Shown: positions 20,599 to 30,795, counted from the stretch's first letter. The stretch: DNA of 64,000 nucleotides from Blastocatellia bacterium (GCA_963765495.1 CAVXWP010000008.1:608001-672000), one strand, 5' to 3'. The notes: generated by a model not told the origin, from the letters alone. Translations and numbers: made by a program.

Positions 20599-22890
20599 TT
20601 ATTTATACAAGCGCCTGTAGTTGGCTGAATAGCGCAGCACACCCTGAACATAGCCGCGAGTCTCGCGGAAAGGAATTGATTCGATCCAATCTTCTATGTC
20701 CATTGATCCGCGCTCGGCAATCCATCGTTTTGCGCGACCCGGCCCCGCATTATAGGCAGCCGCCGCATATTCAATCCGCCCGAATTGCCCGAGCATTTGC
20801 GCCAGATAATTCATGCCCAGCTTGATATTGATCGCAGGGGTGTAGAGATCGGCGGTTGAGATACTGCCTGTTCCCGCCCGTTTTGCTACCAGCCGCCCGG
20901 TTGCGGGCATCAGTTGCATCAATCCTCGCGCGCCTACCCGTGATATGGCGTTGGGATTAAAAACGCTCTCCTGACGAATCAACCCCGCCGCCATGTACGG
21001 GTCTATCCCGTACCGCTTCGCCTCCTGCTTGATCGTCTCCCATCCCACCATAGGGAAGAAAATCTCCCACGCCTCGCGGGGCAATTCAGATTCATCATAA
21101 GAGTAGATATCTGGATACCCATGACGCAAAACCAGGGTCGCCTGAAACTTGTCGCCGCGACGAGAATAGTTTTGAGCGAGTCGAAGGTTTAATCTTGGCG
21201 AATCGGGTGCGCGCTCGAGCGCCTTGTTCAACTCCTTAACGGCCTGTTCGTTCAACCCGATCATCTCAAGATCATCGGCTCTGGCCACGCGGTCGGATTC
21301 CGATCCGTCGGCTGTTTCTTGAATCTTTTCAACATGGAGCGCATTCCGGCGGATTTGCTCAAGCTCGGGCCATTTTTTAGCGTCTTCCGGTTTGAGCCGT
21401 GAATCGCTCGCTCGCAGGGCTGATGCTCGCAGCCCCGCGACGTAGCCGTGATAGCCGAAGCGATAGCGCTCTATGGCTATGTCATAGAGCGCTAGAGCAC
21501 GCGACTTGTTACCCATTCGCTCTTCGGATTTGCCAGCCCAGAACGCGGCTTCGCCTATGAATTTTGTGTCCGGGTAGCGATAGTTTGCCAGATGCTGCTC
21601 AAGCAGGCTTGCCGCCTCGGAATACTTTCGATCCTGATAGGCTTCCCATCCCAGATCATAAGAAGCCTCTGGAGCGTATTCGCCTTTCGGATAAGTTGCA
21701 ACCAGTTGCCTGTAACGGGCCGAGGCTTCGGTTTCACGATCCTGTTTGTCATAATAACTGGCCAGATTGTAAAGCGCCTCTTCGGTCCTCCGGCTCTTTG
21801 GATACTGACGCAACATGCGGTCAACTATGGCCGAAGATTCAGATGCGCGATTGGAGCTTCTGAGGGCTTCAGCCTGATAATAGAGAGATTCGGCCTGTAC
21901 ATCGGCATTGCGGCTGTTGACCTTTGCAAGCGGCAACACGGCCTGGGCGGGCTTCTTGCTGCCCACAAGGCTGATACCATAACGCAACTGCACCTCTTCG
22001 AGCCGCTCGGCATCGGGGAACCGCGCCAACAAATCTTCGTAGGCCTGCGAGGCGTCCCCGTACTGCCTGGCCATGAAGAGCGCATCAGCCCGCCCTCGCT
22101 CTTCGTCAAAAGAGCCGGGATTTGTTTTCGGGTCTGCGCCCAATGCGGCAAGCCGGGTTTCGGCCTTTACCCGCGCAGTTGTGGCAGGCAGTTTGTAATA
22201 GAGGTAACGGTACAGATTTAAGGCTTTGTCATTCTCTCCCTTAAATTCCAGCGCCTGTGCCTTTACATAAATTGCATCTGCATCATCTGCCCCAGCCAGT
22301 TCGCTCACCTCTTTGATAGCGCTGTTCGGATCTCCATTTGCGAGCGCGGTCGAGGCTGCCTTGAGTTTTGAATCGCGCGCCATAATTGAATCGGGGTGCT
22401 TCGTATAAAGTATCCCGTAATCGCGCAACGCATCGGAATTTGCGCCTGAGGCAAGCTCGCTTTCGGCACGATAAAATAGAGTGTAATCGCCCAGACTCGA
22501 GTTTGCGCCCACCGCGCGTGAGTCGAGCGCATCTATGGCCGCAGAATAATTTTGAGCCGAATAATACAGATAGCCCCGCAGGAACCGGGCAAGCGAGGCC
22601 GTTCGCGTACGTGGATACTTCGCCTCGATGCGACCTAACTCTTCGGCAGAAGGCTTGCCCGATGAATTTGCTACCAGCATTCTTAGCTCTGCCAGCCCCC
22701 GCTCCGGGTCGCCCGGATTGCGCTGGCACGAGCCGGTTCCCGGCATAATCATATAAACAAGCAGAATCAATAACGGTAGAGCCATGAAGACGGATCGCCT
22801 GGCCAGACTCATAGAGTTAATCAGATTGCGGAGATAATTAAACATAGACGGTTCCCCATACATTTTTGCCTGCTGGTGAATAGAATTCAA
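20599..22890 (-). CDS. slt: Soluble lytic transglycosylase (Slt-like) with TPR superhelix
   Basis: C-terminal IRQES, GARGLMQLMP, AAAYNAG and ETRGYV. True start probably downstream (e.g. 22863). Confidence 0.88.
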   Translation of the reverse strand: MNSIHQQAKMYGEPSMFNYLRNLINSMSLARRSVFMALPLLILLVYMIMPGTGSCQRNPGDPERGLAELRMLVANSSGKPSAEELGRIEAKYPRTRTASLARFLRGYLYYSAQNYSAAIDALDSRAVGANSSLGDYTLFYRAESELASGANSDALRDYGILYTKHPDSIMARDSKLKAASTALANGDPNSAIKEVSELAGADDADAIYVKAQALEFKGENDKALNLYRYLYYKLPATTARVKAETRLAALGADPKTNPGSFDEERGRADALFMARQYGDASQAYEDLLARFPDAERLEEVQLRYGISLVGSKKPAQAVLPLAKVNSRNADVQAESLYYQAEALRSSNRASESSAIVDRMLRQYPKSRRTEEALYNLASYYDKQDRETEASARYRQLVATYPKGEYAPEASYDLGWEAYQDRKYSEAASLLEQHLANYRYPDTKFIGEAAFWAGKSEERMGNKSRALALYDIAIERYRFGYHGYVAGLRASALRASDSRLKPEDAKKWPELEQIRRNALHVEKIQETADGSESDRVARADDLEMIGLNEQAVKELNKALERAPDSPRLNLRLAQNYSRRGDKFQATLVLRHGYPDIYSYDESELPREAWEIFFPMVGWETIKQEAKRYGIDPYMAAGLIRQESVFNPNAISRVGARGLMQLMPATGRLVAKRAGTGSISTADLYTPAINIKLGMNYLAQMLGQFGRIEYAAAAYNAGPGRAKRWIAERGSMDIEDWIESIPFRETRGYVQGVLRYSANYRRLYK

Positions 22891-22951
22891 AGGGGCTGAT
22901 GAAATTATTATCTAAGAGGTTGGCTGACGCAAAAGGAAAGGAGAGAAAAAA

Positions 22952-23077
22952 GGGATGAGAGATGAGGGATGAGGGATGAAAAAGAGTTTAAGATTACAGT
23001 CTGATGAGTTGGTTCGACCTGTTGCTGAATTGTTTTCCCGCTGTCCTTTTCATCCCTCATCCCTCATCCCTCATCCC
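22952..23077. repeat. Inverted pair of 7-bp arrays (GGGATGA)4 / (TCATCCC)4
   Basis: Arrays at 22952-22979 and 23050-23077, ending 5 nt from the stop of the 23083-24459 gene. Confidence 0.9.
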
Positions 23078-23082
23078 TTAGA

Positions 23083-24459
23083 TCACACTCTGACCGTTGG
23101 TCCGGGAGAGTCGGAGCCGAGTTTGGCCGGGTCGCCTTCGGCAAGCGTGTTTACAAGTTCATCATAAAAGTAGTCGAATTTGGCCGCGACCGTGGGCGTA
23201 ACTCGCTTCTCATACATCTGGCGGCTACGGTCTATGTCTTCCTTCAGCCGGTCGTAAAGATCATTATGGCGTCGCCCATCAGAAACCTTCTGCTCGTTAT
23301 AAAGTTTTATCTCGCTTACGAGCAAACGGGCAAACCGTCGAGCCTCGTTGTGAAGTCTCTTTTCCTCTTCACTTTGCGGATTAGCAGCATCCAACCCATT
23401 GGCGGCGACCGGCGGAGCCGGAGGTGGCGCGGGCTGTGTATTCGTATGGAAAGCAAAACCTTGCGGCTCTTCGGCGGGCGAAGGTGGCGCGGGCTCGGCC
23501 GCCGGCCTGAAATATGTAGGAGATCCATAGGCTGATGGCTGGGCTTCGCTTGCGACTGCGGGTTGAGGCTGTGGAGCCGGTTCTGAGGGCGGGTTAAGCG
23601 CGCCACTCGTCGAAGCCTGTTGCGCAGCCTGAGAAGGTGTATCTCCTCTTTGCTCGGATGCGGCAGGTTGAGCGAGCGTTCCCGTAGACCCGGCTTGCCG
23701 GACGGGTGGTTTTGCGCCTTCCAAAACGCGAGCCCTCAACGAAACCAGTTCCACTACAAGCCCCGAGGTGTAAACCAATAATTCAATAGCCTCAACATTA
23801 ATCGCCCCTTCGTGGCGATCCGCCGAGTCGGCGTAAAGTACGGCCGCAGTTTTGCCGCGCACCTTTAGCGGAACAGCGAGCACGCGTTCCGGGCGGACAT
23901 CCCCCAGATGAGTGAAAATGGAAGAATTGTCAACCTGCTGATCCGGCGGTCCGTAAAATGTCTGTTTTGAGTCAAGCCCGGCGCGCAATGCAGTGTCTGC
24001 CTGCAAGGATATGGAGAGGCCCCGGATCGAGTTATTGTTTACACCGTTATCGAAGCCGCGTGCAGCCCAGGCAAGCGCATTCTGCCCCTTGACTACAAAC
24101 AACACAACACGAGGAGCGAAGTTTTCGGCGCGGGCAACCAGCGCGTTAAGCACATCGGCCTGGGTGCGCTGCTCGTCCAGTTCGGCAACTGAATCTTTCA
24201 ACAATGCTATATCGGCTCCAAGCCGGACGCTTTCAGTGCTGGCCGTATCAATTTGCGCAGTCACCTCCGCTGTGATTTTTGCCAGCGCCTCATCGCCGTC
24301 CGGCAAGGTAGCAGTTGCGTCGGTTCGTTCCAGTAATTTCGTGAACGATTCGTTGACCTCACGCTGCAAATGGCTTATGTCTGTCTCAAGAATGCTGAGA
24401 CGAGAGCGCACGAGTTCTTCTATCTGTCGGCGCAGCCGAATCTCTTGCTCATTCTCCAC
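23083..24459 (-). CDS. Coiled-coil, GAF-like domain, Pro/Ala/Gln linker and helical C-terminal domain protein
   Basis: GTG start after GGAGG; GAF-like VLAVPLKVRGKTAAVLYAD; low-complexity linker; C-terminal EARRFARLLVSEIKLYN. Confidence 0.7.
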   Translation of the reverse strand: MENEQEIRLRRQIEELVRSRLSILETDISHLQREVNESFTKLLERTDATATLPDGDEALAKITAEVTAQIDTASTESVRLGADIALLKDSVAELDEQRTQADVLNALVARAENFAPRVVLFVVKGQNALAWAARGFDNGVNNNSIRGLSISLQADTALRAGLDSKQTFYGPPDQQVDNSSIFTHLGDVRPERVLAVPLKVRGKTAAVLYADSADRHEGAINVEAIELLVYTSGLVVELVSLRARVLEGAKPPVRQAGSTGTLAQPAASEQRGDTPSQAAQQASTSGALNPPSEPAPQPQPAVASEAQPSAYGSPTYFRPAAEPAPPSPAEEPQGFAFHTNTQPAPPPAPPVAANGLDAANPQSEEEKRLHNEARRFARLLVSEIKLYNEQKVSDGRRHNDLYDRLKEDIDRSRQMYEKRVTPTVAAKFDYFYDELVNTLAEGDPAKLGSDSPGPTVRV

Positions 24460-24724
24460 CTGGAATCCTCCCTATCAATCGCGAAATGGTTGATGCCGCC
24501 GGGGCTAAAAGGCTTGTCTTCGCGTAAGGCGATTATCACTCACCATTTAGCGCTTGTCAATAATAGGTAAAAAAGCTTTGTCTGCCCTCGGGGCTTCGCT
24601 CCCGGCCACATACAGGTTCAGACGGTTGATAAAAGCGGACAAGCGCGAATACAATTCGGCATCGAGTAAATGTGAATTCGTATTGACATGGATCGTACTC
24701 CAAAGGCCCTGATGGAGGGAAAGC

Positions 24725-25282
24725 ATGCCTGCAAATGATTACCATTTCATCACTGAATGGCGAGTCGAGGGAATTGTCAATGAGGTAGCCGATGTGTTGA
24801 AAAACGCCACAGACCTGCCTCGGTGGTGGCCTTCGGTCTATCTCGATGTAAAAGAATTGGAGCCGGGAGATGAAGAAGGTGTAGGCAAGGTCGTCGCTCT
24901 CTATACAAAAGGATGGCTTCCCTACACCCTTCGCTGGCAGTTTCGAGTAACTGAATCGCGCTATCCACATGGTTTCACCCTCGATGCATGGGGGGACTTC
25001 AACGGGCGGGGCATCTGGACATTCGAACAGGATGGACCTTATGTAAATGTGATCTATGACTGGAAGATTCGCGCCGACAAGGTTCTGCTGAGCGCCCTTT
25101 CTTTCCTGATGAAGCCCATATTTTCCGCCAACCATCGCTGGGCTATGGAGAAAGGCGAGCAAAGCCTGAAATTGGAGATAGCACGTCGACACGCCTCAAC
25201 TCCGGAAGAGAGAGCAAGCATTCCGCCTCCCCCCGGCCCGACCTTTCCACACAATCGCAGAGGGGCGAAGGGTGATGCGTGA
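24725..25282 (+). CDS. SRPBCC / polyketide cyclase-like protein
   Basis: YHFITEWRV, LPRWWPSV, GDFNGRGIW and FSANHRWAM; RBS GGAGG. Confidence 0.8.
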   Translation: MPANDYHFITEWRVEGIVNEVADVLKNATDLPRWWPSVYLDVKELEPGDEEGVGKVVALYTKGWLPYTLRWQFRVTESRYPHGFTLDAWGDFNGRGIWTFEQDGPYVNVIYDWKIRADKVLLSALSFLMKPIFSANHRWAMEKGEQSLKLEIARRHASTPEERASIPPPPGPTFPHNRRGAKGDA

Positions 25283-25370
25283 TCGGTGATGCGTGATTTA
25301 CTTGATTTGCAATTTATCTTTATCAAACAGGTTTACATATAGTCACGAATCACGAATCACGCATCACGTA
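25272..25370. repeat. Inverted pair of 7-bp arrays (GTGATGC)n / (TCACGAA)n
   Basis: Arrays at 25272-25298 (includes the SRPBCC TGA stop) and 25343-25370. Confidence 0.85.
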
Positions 25371-25475
25371 AAAAGGTTGACCGAGCGTTACCTATATGAT
25401 AAATCGCTGAAAGCAGCGCATAACTAACCTGTGTGAACAAGCGGTACTTCATTTCCCGAGGTTGGAGGGGTCAGG

Positions 25476-26204
25476 ATGATAACTGAAAAAGAGATTTCGA
25501 TTCGCCCGGATTCTCAAGCCAAAACCATGCCGCCGATCTTCCCTACCAATTCGGTAGAGTTTATCAATGCTCTCGCGCATTACTATCGCGGAGAGCTATC
25601 ACGAATGATGAGCTGGCGCGACCGGCTCGACCGGACTACAAACTGGGCCATCGGTGCGGTTGCCGCGATGCTCTCAATCTCGCTATCCTCGCCGCAGGCA
25701 CATCATGGCGTGCTGTTGTTTGCTATGTTGCTGGTCTTACTGCTGCTCGGGATCGAATCGCGCCGGTATCGCTTCTTTCACGTCTATCGCAGTCGCGTTC
25801 GGCTGATAGAGCGCAATTACTATACCCGCATATTCTCTCCGCGTGAATCCGTTGACCCCACTCACTGGATGAATAAACTCGGAGAGGACCTGCGACTGCC
25901 GCAATTCTCTTTGAGCCTGTCGCAGGCAATGGCCCGCAGACTGCGTCGTAACTATTTTTGGATGTTCCTGATCCTGCTGCTGGCGTGGTTTCTCAAAACA
26001 ACTACGGTCATCCTTCAGCCAAAGAGCGGCGAAACCGAGTTTATCCATTCAACAACCGAATTGTTCAAAAACGCCGCCATAGGCTATCTGCCCGGCTGGC
26101 TCGTCATGGCTAGCGTTCTATCTTTCTTTGCCTGGATGATTTACATAATGATTGTGCACAGAGAGAGCACGGGAGAACTGGCCTACGGCGACGTACACGT
26201 TTGA
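25476..26204 (+). CDS. DUF2270 family integral membrane protein
   Basis: HYYRGE..RM..WR.RLD.TTNWA, IESRRYR and RRLRRNY. Confidence 0.85.
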   Translation: MITEKEISIRPDSQAKTMPPIFPTNSVEFINALAHYYRGELSRMMSWRDRLDRTTNWAIGAVAAMLSISLSSPQAHHGVLLFAMLLVLLLLGIESRRYRFFHVYRSRVRLIERNYYTRIFSPRESVDPTHWMNKLGEDLRLPQFSLSLSQAMARRLRRNYFWMFLILLLAWFLKTTTVILQPKSGETEFIHSTTELFKNAAIGYLPGWLVMASVLSFFAWMIYIMIVHRESTGELAYGDVHV

Positions 26205-26246
26205 CCTCCGCTGAATGCCCTTCGATCAGTAAATCCAATTAGCAAT

Positions 26247-26283
26247 AAAGGGTGTTGCAACACTCTTTCTTTTATGCTATAAC
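26247..26283 (+). promoter_or_regulatory. Sigma-70 promoter of marR overlapped by a palindromic operator
   Basis: TTGCAA (26255-60), 17 bp, then TGc-TATAAC. Palindrome AAAGGGTGTTGCAACACTCTTT covers the -35. ATG lies 7 nt after the -10, so likely leaderless. Confidence 0.6.
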
Positions 26284-26290
26284 ATAAGCC

Positions 26291-26758
26291 ATGGGAGATG
26301 GATTAAAGAAGCGAATAAAGCAGGAGCAGTTCGAAAGTCCGCTACAGGAGGCTATACTCAACCTGCTGGTAGCTGCCGGGCACCTCCGCGATCGCCTTGA
26401 ACAAGTATGCGCAAAATTTGACATCACTCATCAGCAATATAACGTCTTGCGAATATTAAAAGGAAAGTACCCCGAAGGGTATGCGCGCTGCGACATATCA
26501 GAAAGAATGGTCGAAAAAGCCCCGGATGTTACAAGGTTGATTGATCGCCTGGAATCTCAAGGGCTTGTTGAAAGAAAACGCTCGGATGAGGATAGGAGGC
26601 TTGCAATCACTCGAATTACACAACAGGGACTCGATCTGCTTGAGAGCATGGCTCCCTCTCTAAAAGAGATTAACGATTATTTCGGCGAGAGAATCTCTCT
26701 AAAAGATCGCCGCGATCTTTCACGCATCTGTGAGGGCCTTTACTCCGAGGAGTTCTAG
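26291..26758 (+). CDS. MarR family transcriptional regulator
   Basis: ITHQQYNVLRIL, PDVTRLIDRL and DRR..ITQQG. Confidence 0.92.
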   Translation: MGDGLKKRIKQEQFESPLQEAILNLLVAAGHLRDRLEQVCAKFDITHQQYNVLRILKGKYPEGYARCDISERMVEKAPDVTRLIDRLESQGLVERKRSDEDRRLAITRITQQGLDLLESMAPSLKEINDYFGERISLKDRRDLSRICEGLYSEEF

Positions 26759-26828
26759 CTTTTTTTTGAAACATTATGTGTTATCACACGTATAATCCAA
26801 TTGAAATGATAATCTGGAGGTAAGAGGG

Positions 26829-27233
26829 ATGAAAAGGAATTTGCTGAGAATTGGGCGAGCGCTTGTAGCGCTCATATTCATTGTTTCGGGGCTAGGGAAG
26901 ATAGCAGGGTTTGAGGCCACCAGAGAGATGATGGCCGGGGTAGGCTTTCCGATGCCGGGGCTTTTTCTGGTCGGAGCAATACTGATCGAAGTGATCGGGG
27001 GGCTGGCCCTTTTTTTTGGATACAGGGTTCAGTGGGCAGCCGGGCTGTTGATCATTTTTCTTGTGCTTGCGACGCTGATCTTTCACATCCCGTATCTGGG
27101 AGATCAGGCACAATCACAGATGCAGACGGTTCAGGTGCTAAAGAATCTGGCAATCCTCGGGGCTTTGATCAGTTTCATGACACGTGAAAACGAAGCTTTG
27201 CCGGCCGCGCTAGCCGGTACCGGCGCGCACTGA
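26829..27233 (+). CDS. DoxX family membrane protein
   Basis: GRAL..LIFIVSGLGKI, EVIGG, FH and KNLAILG. Confidence 0.88.
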   Translation: MKRNLLRIGRALVALIFIVSGLGKIAGFEATREMMAGVGFPMPGLFLVGAILIEVIGGLALFFGYRVQWAAGLLIIFLVLATLIFHIPYLGDQAQSQMQTVQVLKNLAILGALISFMTRENEALPAALAGTGAH

Positions 27234-27266
27234 CACGGATTTGAGGGAATGGATAAGGAGGTTGAA

Positions 27267-27965
27267 ATGTTCAACATAATAAGGAACGAAGACCGTTACC
27301 ACTTTCAAAGCGACTGGCTTTCGACATACTGGCATTTCAGTTTCGATCATTATTACGATCCGGCAAACATGGGTTTCGGGCCGCTAAGGGTCTTCAATGA
27401 TGATGTGGTACAACCCGCTTCGGGCTTCCCCATGCATGGGCATAGAGAGATGGAAATCATCACCTATGTCTTGAAAGGCGAGCTTGAACACAAAGACAGC
27501 ACAGGCGGTTACGGACGGATCGGGCCCGGCGAGGTTCAAAGGATGAGCGCGGGAACAGGCATCCGCCATTCTGAATACAACGCTTCAAAAGAGAACCCCG
27601 TCCACTTGCTGCAAGTATGGTTCATGCCGTCGGTAAGCGGGCTTGAACCGGGCTATGAGCAAAAACTCTTCGATAAAGAGCAGCGCACGGGCAGATTCCT
27701 TGCGGTCGCAACGGGTCAGGATATGCCCGGCACGCTGAAGGTTCACCAGGACCTTACCTTCTATGTGGCAAATCTCCGGCCCGGCGATAAAGTAAATCAC
27801 AACCTGCGCGCAGGCAGAAGGGCATATCTTTTCGTAGTAGATGGTGAGGTAGAGGTGAACGGTAATCGGATTGTGAGCGGCGATCAGGCAAGGATTGAAG
27901 GCGAACAGGAATTGAGGTTTTCAGCAGTGAAAGACTCGGAATTGATCCTGATAGACCTTCCTTGA
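27267..27965 (+). CDS. Pirin family protein (YhhW-like)
   Basis: HFSF.HYYDP..MGFGPLRV.NDD, GFPMHGH.EMEI and MSAGTGIRHSE; RBS AAGGAGG. Confidence 0.92.
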   Translation: MFNIIRNEDRYHFQSDWLSTYWHFSFDHYYDPANMGFGPLRVFNDDVVQPASGFPMHGHREMEIITYVLKGELEHKDSTGGYGRIGPGEVQRMSAGTGIRHSEYNASKENPVHLLQVWFMPSVSGLEPGYEQKLFDKEQRTGRFLAVATGQDMPGTLKVHQDLTFYVANLRPGDKVNHNLRAGRRAYLFVVDGEVEVNGNRIVSGDQARIEGEQELRFSAVKDSELILIDLP

Positions 27966-27977
27966 TTGAGCGTTTTT

Positions 27978-28057
27978 TTTGACAGGGTCGACAGGATTTC
28001 TTAAGGATAAAACAGGTTTCTCGTTTAATCCCAAAGAATCCCGCCAATCCTGTCAAA
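27978..28057. repeat. Degenerate inverted 9-bp-period element (GACAGGAT / ATCCTGTC family)
   Basis: TTTGACAGG..GACAGGAT ... AATCCC..AATCCTGTCAAA; a related half copy lies near 19575-19597. Confidence 0.55.
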
Positions 28058-28170
28058 GCCTTTTTCACACATCACGCGGGCGACATGTGGCCGAAATCGC
28101 TCGCAAGCTTGCGCACAAATGAGACTACGCCGTATTGTTACTATTCAGGTCATATTTTTGGCCCGGCTAT

Positions 28171-30621
28171 ATGATGACAGGAAAGGTAGTCCTCCATTAT
28201 AGAATAGGTGAGCAACTCGGCGTGGGTGGCATGGGAGAGGTTTACCGCGCCGAAGACACCCGACTCGGACGCCCGGTGGCGCTCAAGTTTTTACCCGCTT
28301 CCTATCAATATGACATAGACCGGCGCGAGAGGTTTTATCGAGAAGCCCGCGCAGCTTCTGCGCTTCGTTCACCAAACATAGCGGCCATTTACGATATAGG
28401 CGAACACGAAGGGGCAAGCTTTATCGTAATGGAGCTTGTTGAAGGCGAATTGCTCTCCTTTAAATTAAAGCAGGGGCCGCTCCCAATCTGCGATACGATA
28501 GATATTGCCAGACAGATAGCCGATGCGCTTGATGAAGCGCACTCGCAAAGCATCATTCACAGAGACATAAAAAGCGCAAACATAATGATCACAGGGCGCG
28601 GGCTGGTCAAGGTACTCGACTTTGGGCTGGCCAAGGTCGCGAGGGTTGCAAATTCTGCAAAGGGCGAAAGAGATGACGACAGCGCCGGACCTACGGTCAG
28701 GCTTGGGCAGGAGACCTCAACAGGGATCGTGATGGGAACGGTCGGTTACATGTCGCCCGAGCAGGCGCTTGGTCGCAATGTTGATAATCGCTCCGACCTC
28801 TTCTCTCTCGGCGTGGTCTGCTATGAAATGCTGACCGGCAGATTGCCCTTCATGGGGGACAGCGCTACGGAGATCATAGATCAGATCGTGAATCGGGAGC
28901 CTCCGGCGGTGGCGCGCTTCAATTACAGCGTTATGCCCGAGCTTGAGAGAATACTGCGTAAAGCCCTCGAAAAGGACCCGCAGTTCCGCTATCAGACGGC
29001 TCATGATATACAGATCGATCTGCGGAATTTGCGACGCGACCTTGAAGCCAAAGACATAGTTCAGGCCAAGAGCCAGGCCCTTGAGGATCGTTTGCCCACC
29101 GTGGCGCTATCGGATTCCTCAATACTCACGACCGGCGGAATGGCCCAGCAAAAGATCAAAAACGGCGTTGCGGTTATGACCTTTTCAAACATCACAAAAG
29201 AGGCGGCTGACGATTGGATAGGCTCAGGGATAGCCGAGACCGTAACAGGCGATTTGAAGAGCGTAAAGGGAGTCTCTGTCATAGGGCGCGAGCGCGTATT
29301 TGAAGCTCTCAATAACCTCGGCTCGGGCCAGTTACTGGACCTTGATGAAAAATTCGCCATTGATATAGGCCGCAGACTTGGTGCGTCTTATATAATCAGC
29401 GGCGGCTATCAACGGCTGGTGGAGATGATTCGCATAACGGCCCGCGTAGTGGAAGTGGATACGGGCGCATTGATCAGGTCAGTAAAGATAGACGGGAAAG
29501 TGGCGGAGATATTCGACCTGCAAGACCGAATAGTTTACGAACTGAGCAAGGGGTTGAATCTTCAGCTCGACACGGCCCAGATTTCCGAGATCGAGCGAGA
29601 TGAGACGCAATCGGTTGAAGCCTACGAACATTACTCACGAGGAATGATGAATCTCCGCATGGCGAGCCGCGATTCGCTCGACCGTGCCATAATTCTTTTT
29701 GAGCAGGCCACCGGCCTTGATCCAAATTATGCACGTGCATGGGCGGCGCTTGGCGCGGCTTATGATCTCAAGGGCGAGTTTCTAACTATTCCCGAGCTTT
29801 CTTATAAGGCTATCGAGTTTGAGAAGAAAGCTATCGAATTAAACCCGATGCTTGCTCAGGCGCACAGATGGATAGGCGGCGCGTACAGCAACATTGGCAA
29901 GTATGATGAGGCGATAGAAGCTATCAAGGAAGCGGTGCGTCTGGAACCCGACAATTTTGGCAGCCACGCCTCGCTCGCTCGCACATACTGGCTGGGTAAG
30001 GGGATGCTCGATGAGGCTGTCGGAGAATTTCGCCACGCCATCTCGCTCAATGCTCAAGCGGGTTATGCATATCTCCAGCTGGGATTCCTTTATACATTGA
30101 AAGAGGATTTCGAGCGTGCAGAGACCATGTGCAAACGAGCCATCGAGTTGCAGGAAAAACTCATTTCAGGCAAGGAGGGGTTGCAGGTCGTGGGCGCGCA
30201 CACACGGCTTGGCTATGTTTATTACTGTCAGAGGCGATATGACGATGCCATTCGCGAGTACAGGCGAGAGCTTGATTTTCTCACGATGACCGATCACGCC
30301 CTGCGCGAGCGCACGATGATCGAGCTAAATCAAAAGCTCGGCTCGGCGCTTCTGAGGAGAGGTGAAACGGAGGAGGCAGAACGCCACTTCAACCTAGCCA
30401 TAAAGAAATTCGATGAGCGGGTTTCAAAAGGTGCCGACGATCCCGCGACAAAGTATTACATGGCCTGTCTTTACGCGCTGAAGGGGGACCGGGAGCGAGC
30501 AATAAAATATTTTGAAGAGACGCTTGAACGGCTGCGCGACATCAACATCGTCCGTGCGCGGAAGGACCCGGATTTCGAGACCCTTCGAGACGATCCCAAA
30601 TTCCTCAAACTCATTGCTTGA
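28171..30621 (+). CDS. Hanks-type Ser/Thr kinase with TolB-like domain and TPRs
   Basis: GVGGMGEV, VALK, HRDIKSAN, DFG and YMSPEQ; TolB-N-like VAVMTFSN; multiple TPRs. Confidence 0.92.
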   Translation: MMTGKVVLHYRIGEQLGVGGMGEVYRAEDTRLGRPVALKFLPASYQYDIDRRERFYREARAASALRSPNIAAIYDIGEHEGASFIVMELVEGELLSFKLKQGPLPICDTIDIARQIADALDEAHSQSIIHRDIKSANIMITGRGLVKVLDFGLAKVARVANSAKGERDDDSAGPTVRLGQETSTGIVMGTVGYMSPEQALGRNVDNRSDLFSLGVVCYEMLTGRLPFMGDSATEIIDQIVNREPPAVARFNYSVMPELERILRKALEKDPQFRYQTAHDIQIDLRNLRRDLEAKDIVQAKSQALEDRLPTVALSDSSILTTGGMAQQKIKNGVAVMTFSNITKEAADDWIGSGIAETVTGDLKSVKGVSVIGRERVFEALNNLGSGQLLDLDEKFAIDIGRRLGASYIISGGYQRLVEMIRITARVVEVDTGALIRSVKIDGKVAEIFDLQDRIVYELSKGLNLQLDTAQISEIERDETQSVEAYEHYSRGMMNLRMASRDSLDRAIILFEQATGLDPNYARAWAALGAAYDLKGEFLTIPELSYKAIEFEKKAIELNPMLAQAHRWIGGAYSNIGKYDEAIEAIKEAVRLEPDNFGSHASLARTYWLGKGMLDEAVGEFRHAISLNAQAGYAYLQLGFLYTLKEDFERAETMCKRAIELQEKLISGKEGLQVVGAHTRLGYVYYCQRRYDDAIREYRRELDFLTMTDHALRERTMIELNQKLGSALLRRGETEEAERHFNLAIKKFDERVSKGADDPATKYYMACLYALKGDRERAIKYFEETLERLRDINIVRARKDPDFETLRDDPKFLKLIA

Positions 30622-30644
30622 CAGGCATCCTTTTACAATTTGCT

Positions 30645-30729
30645 CTAAATCGAAATGCAAGAGATTGGTACAAATGAATCTGCCTTTCATTCAAATTCAT
30701 TTGTACCAATCTCTTGCATTTCGATTTAG
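30645..30729. repeat. Perfect 35-bp inverted repeat with 15-nt spacer (MITE/REP-like)
   Basis: CTAAATCGAAATGCAAGAGATTGGTACAAATGAAT and its exact reverse complement at 30695-30729; a degenerate arm occurs at 53721-53752. Confidence 0.9.
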
Positions 30730-30795
30730 TCTGGAAAATATTTTCCCGCTCGCATTCATCTGAGATTTCAAATCTCATATCCGGGGCCGACATCT

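Noticed and set aside
24557-25192. 211-aa minus-strand ORF
   Set aside because: Overlaps the SRPBCC gene, which has clear family motifs and a GGAGG RBS.
25400-25470. AATCGCTGAA..AGCG..ACTAAC resembling a c-di-AMP (ydaO) riboswitch
   Set aside because: Far too short and lacks the GGGGGA/GGGG core helices; an Infernal search would be needed to reopen it.
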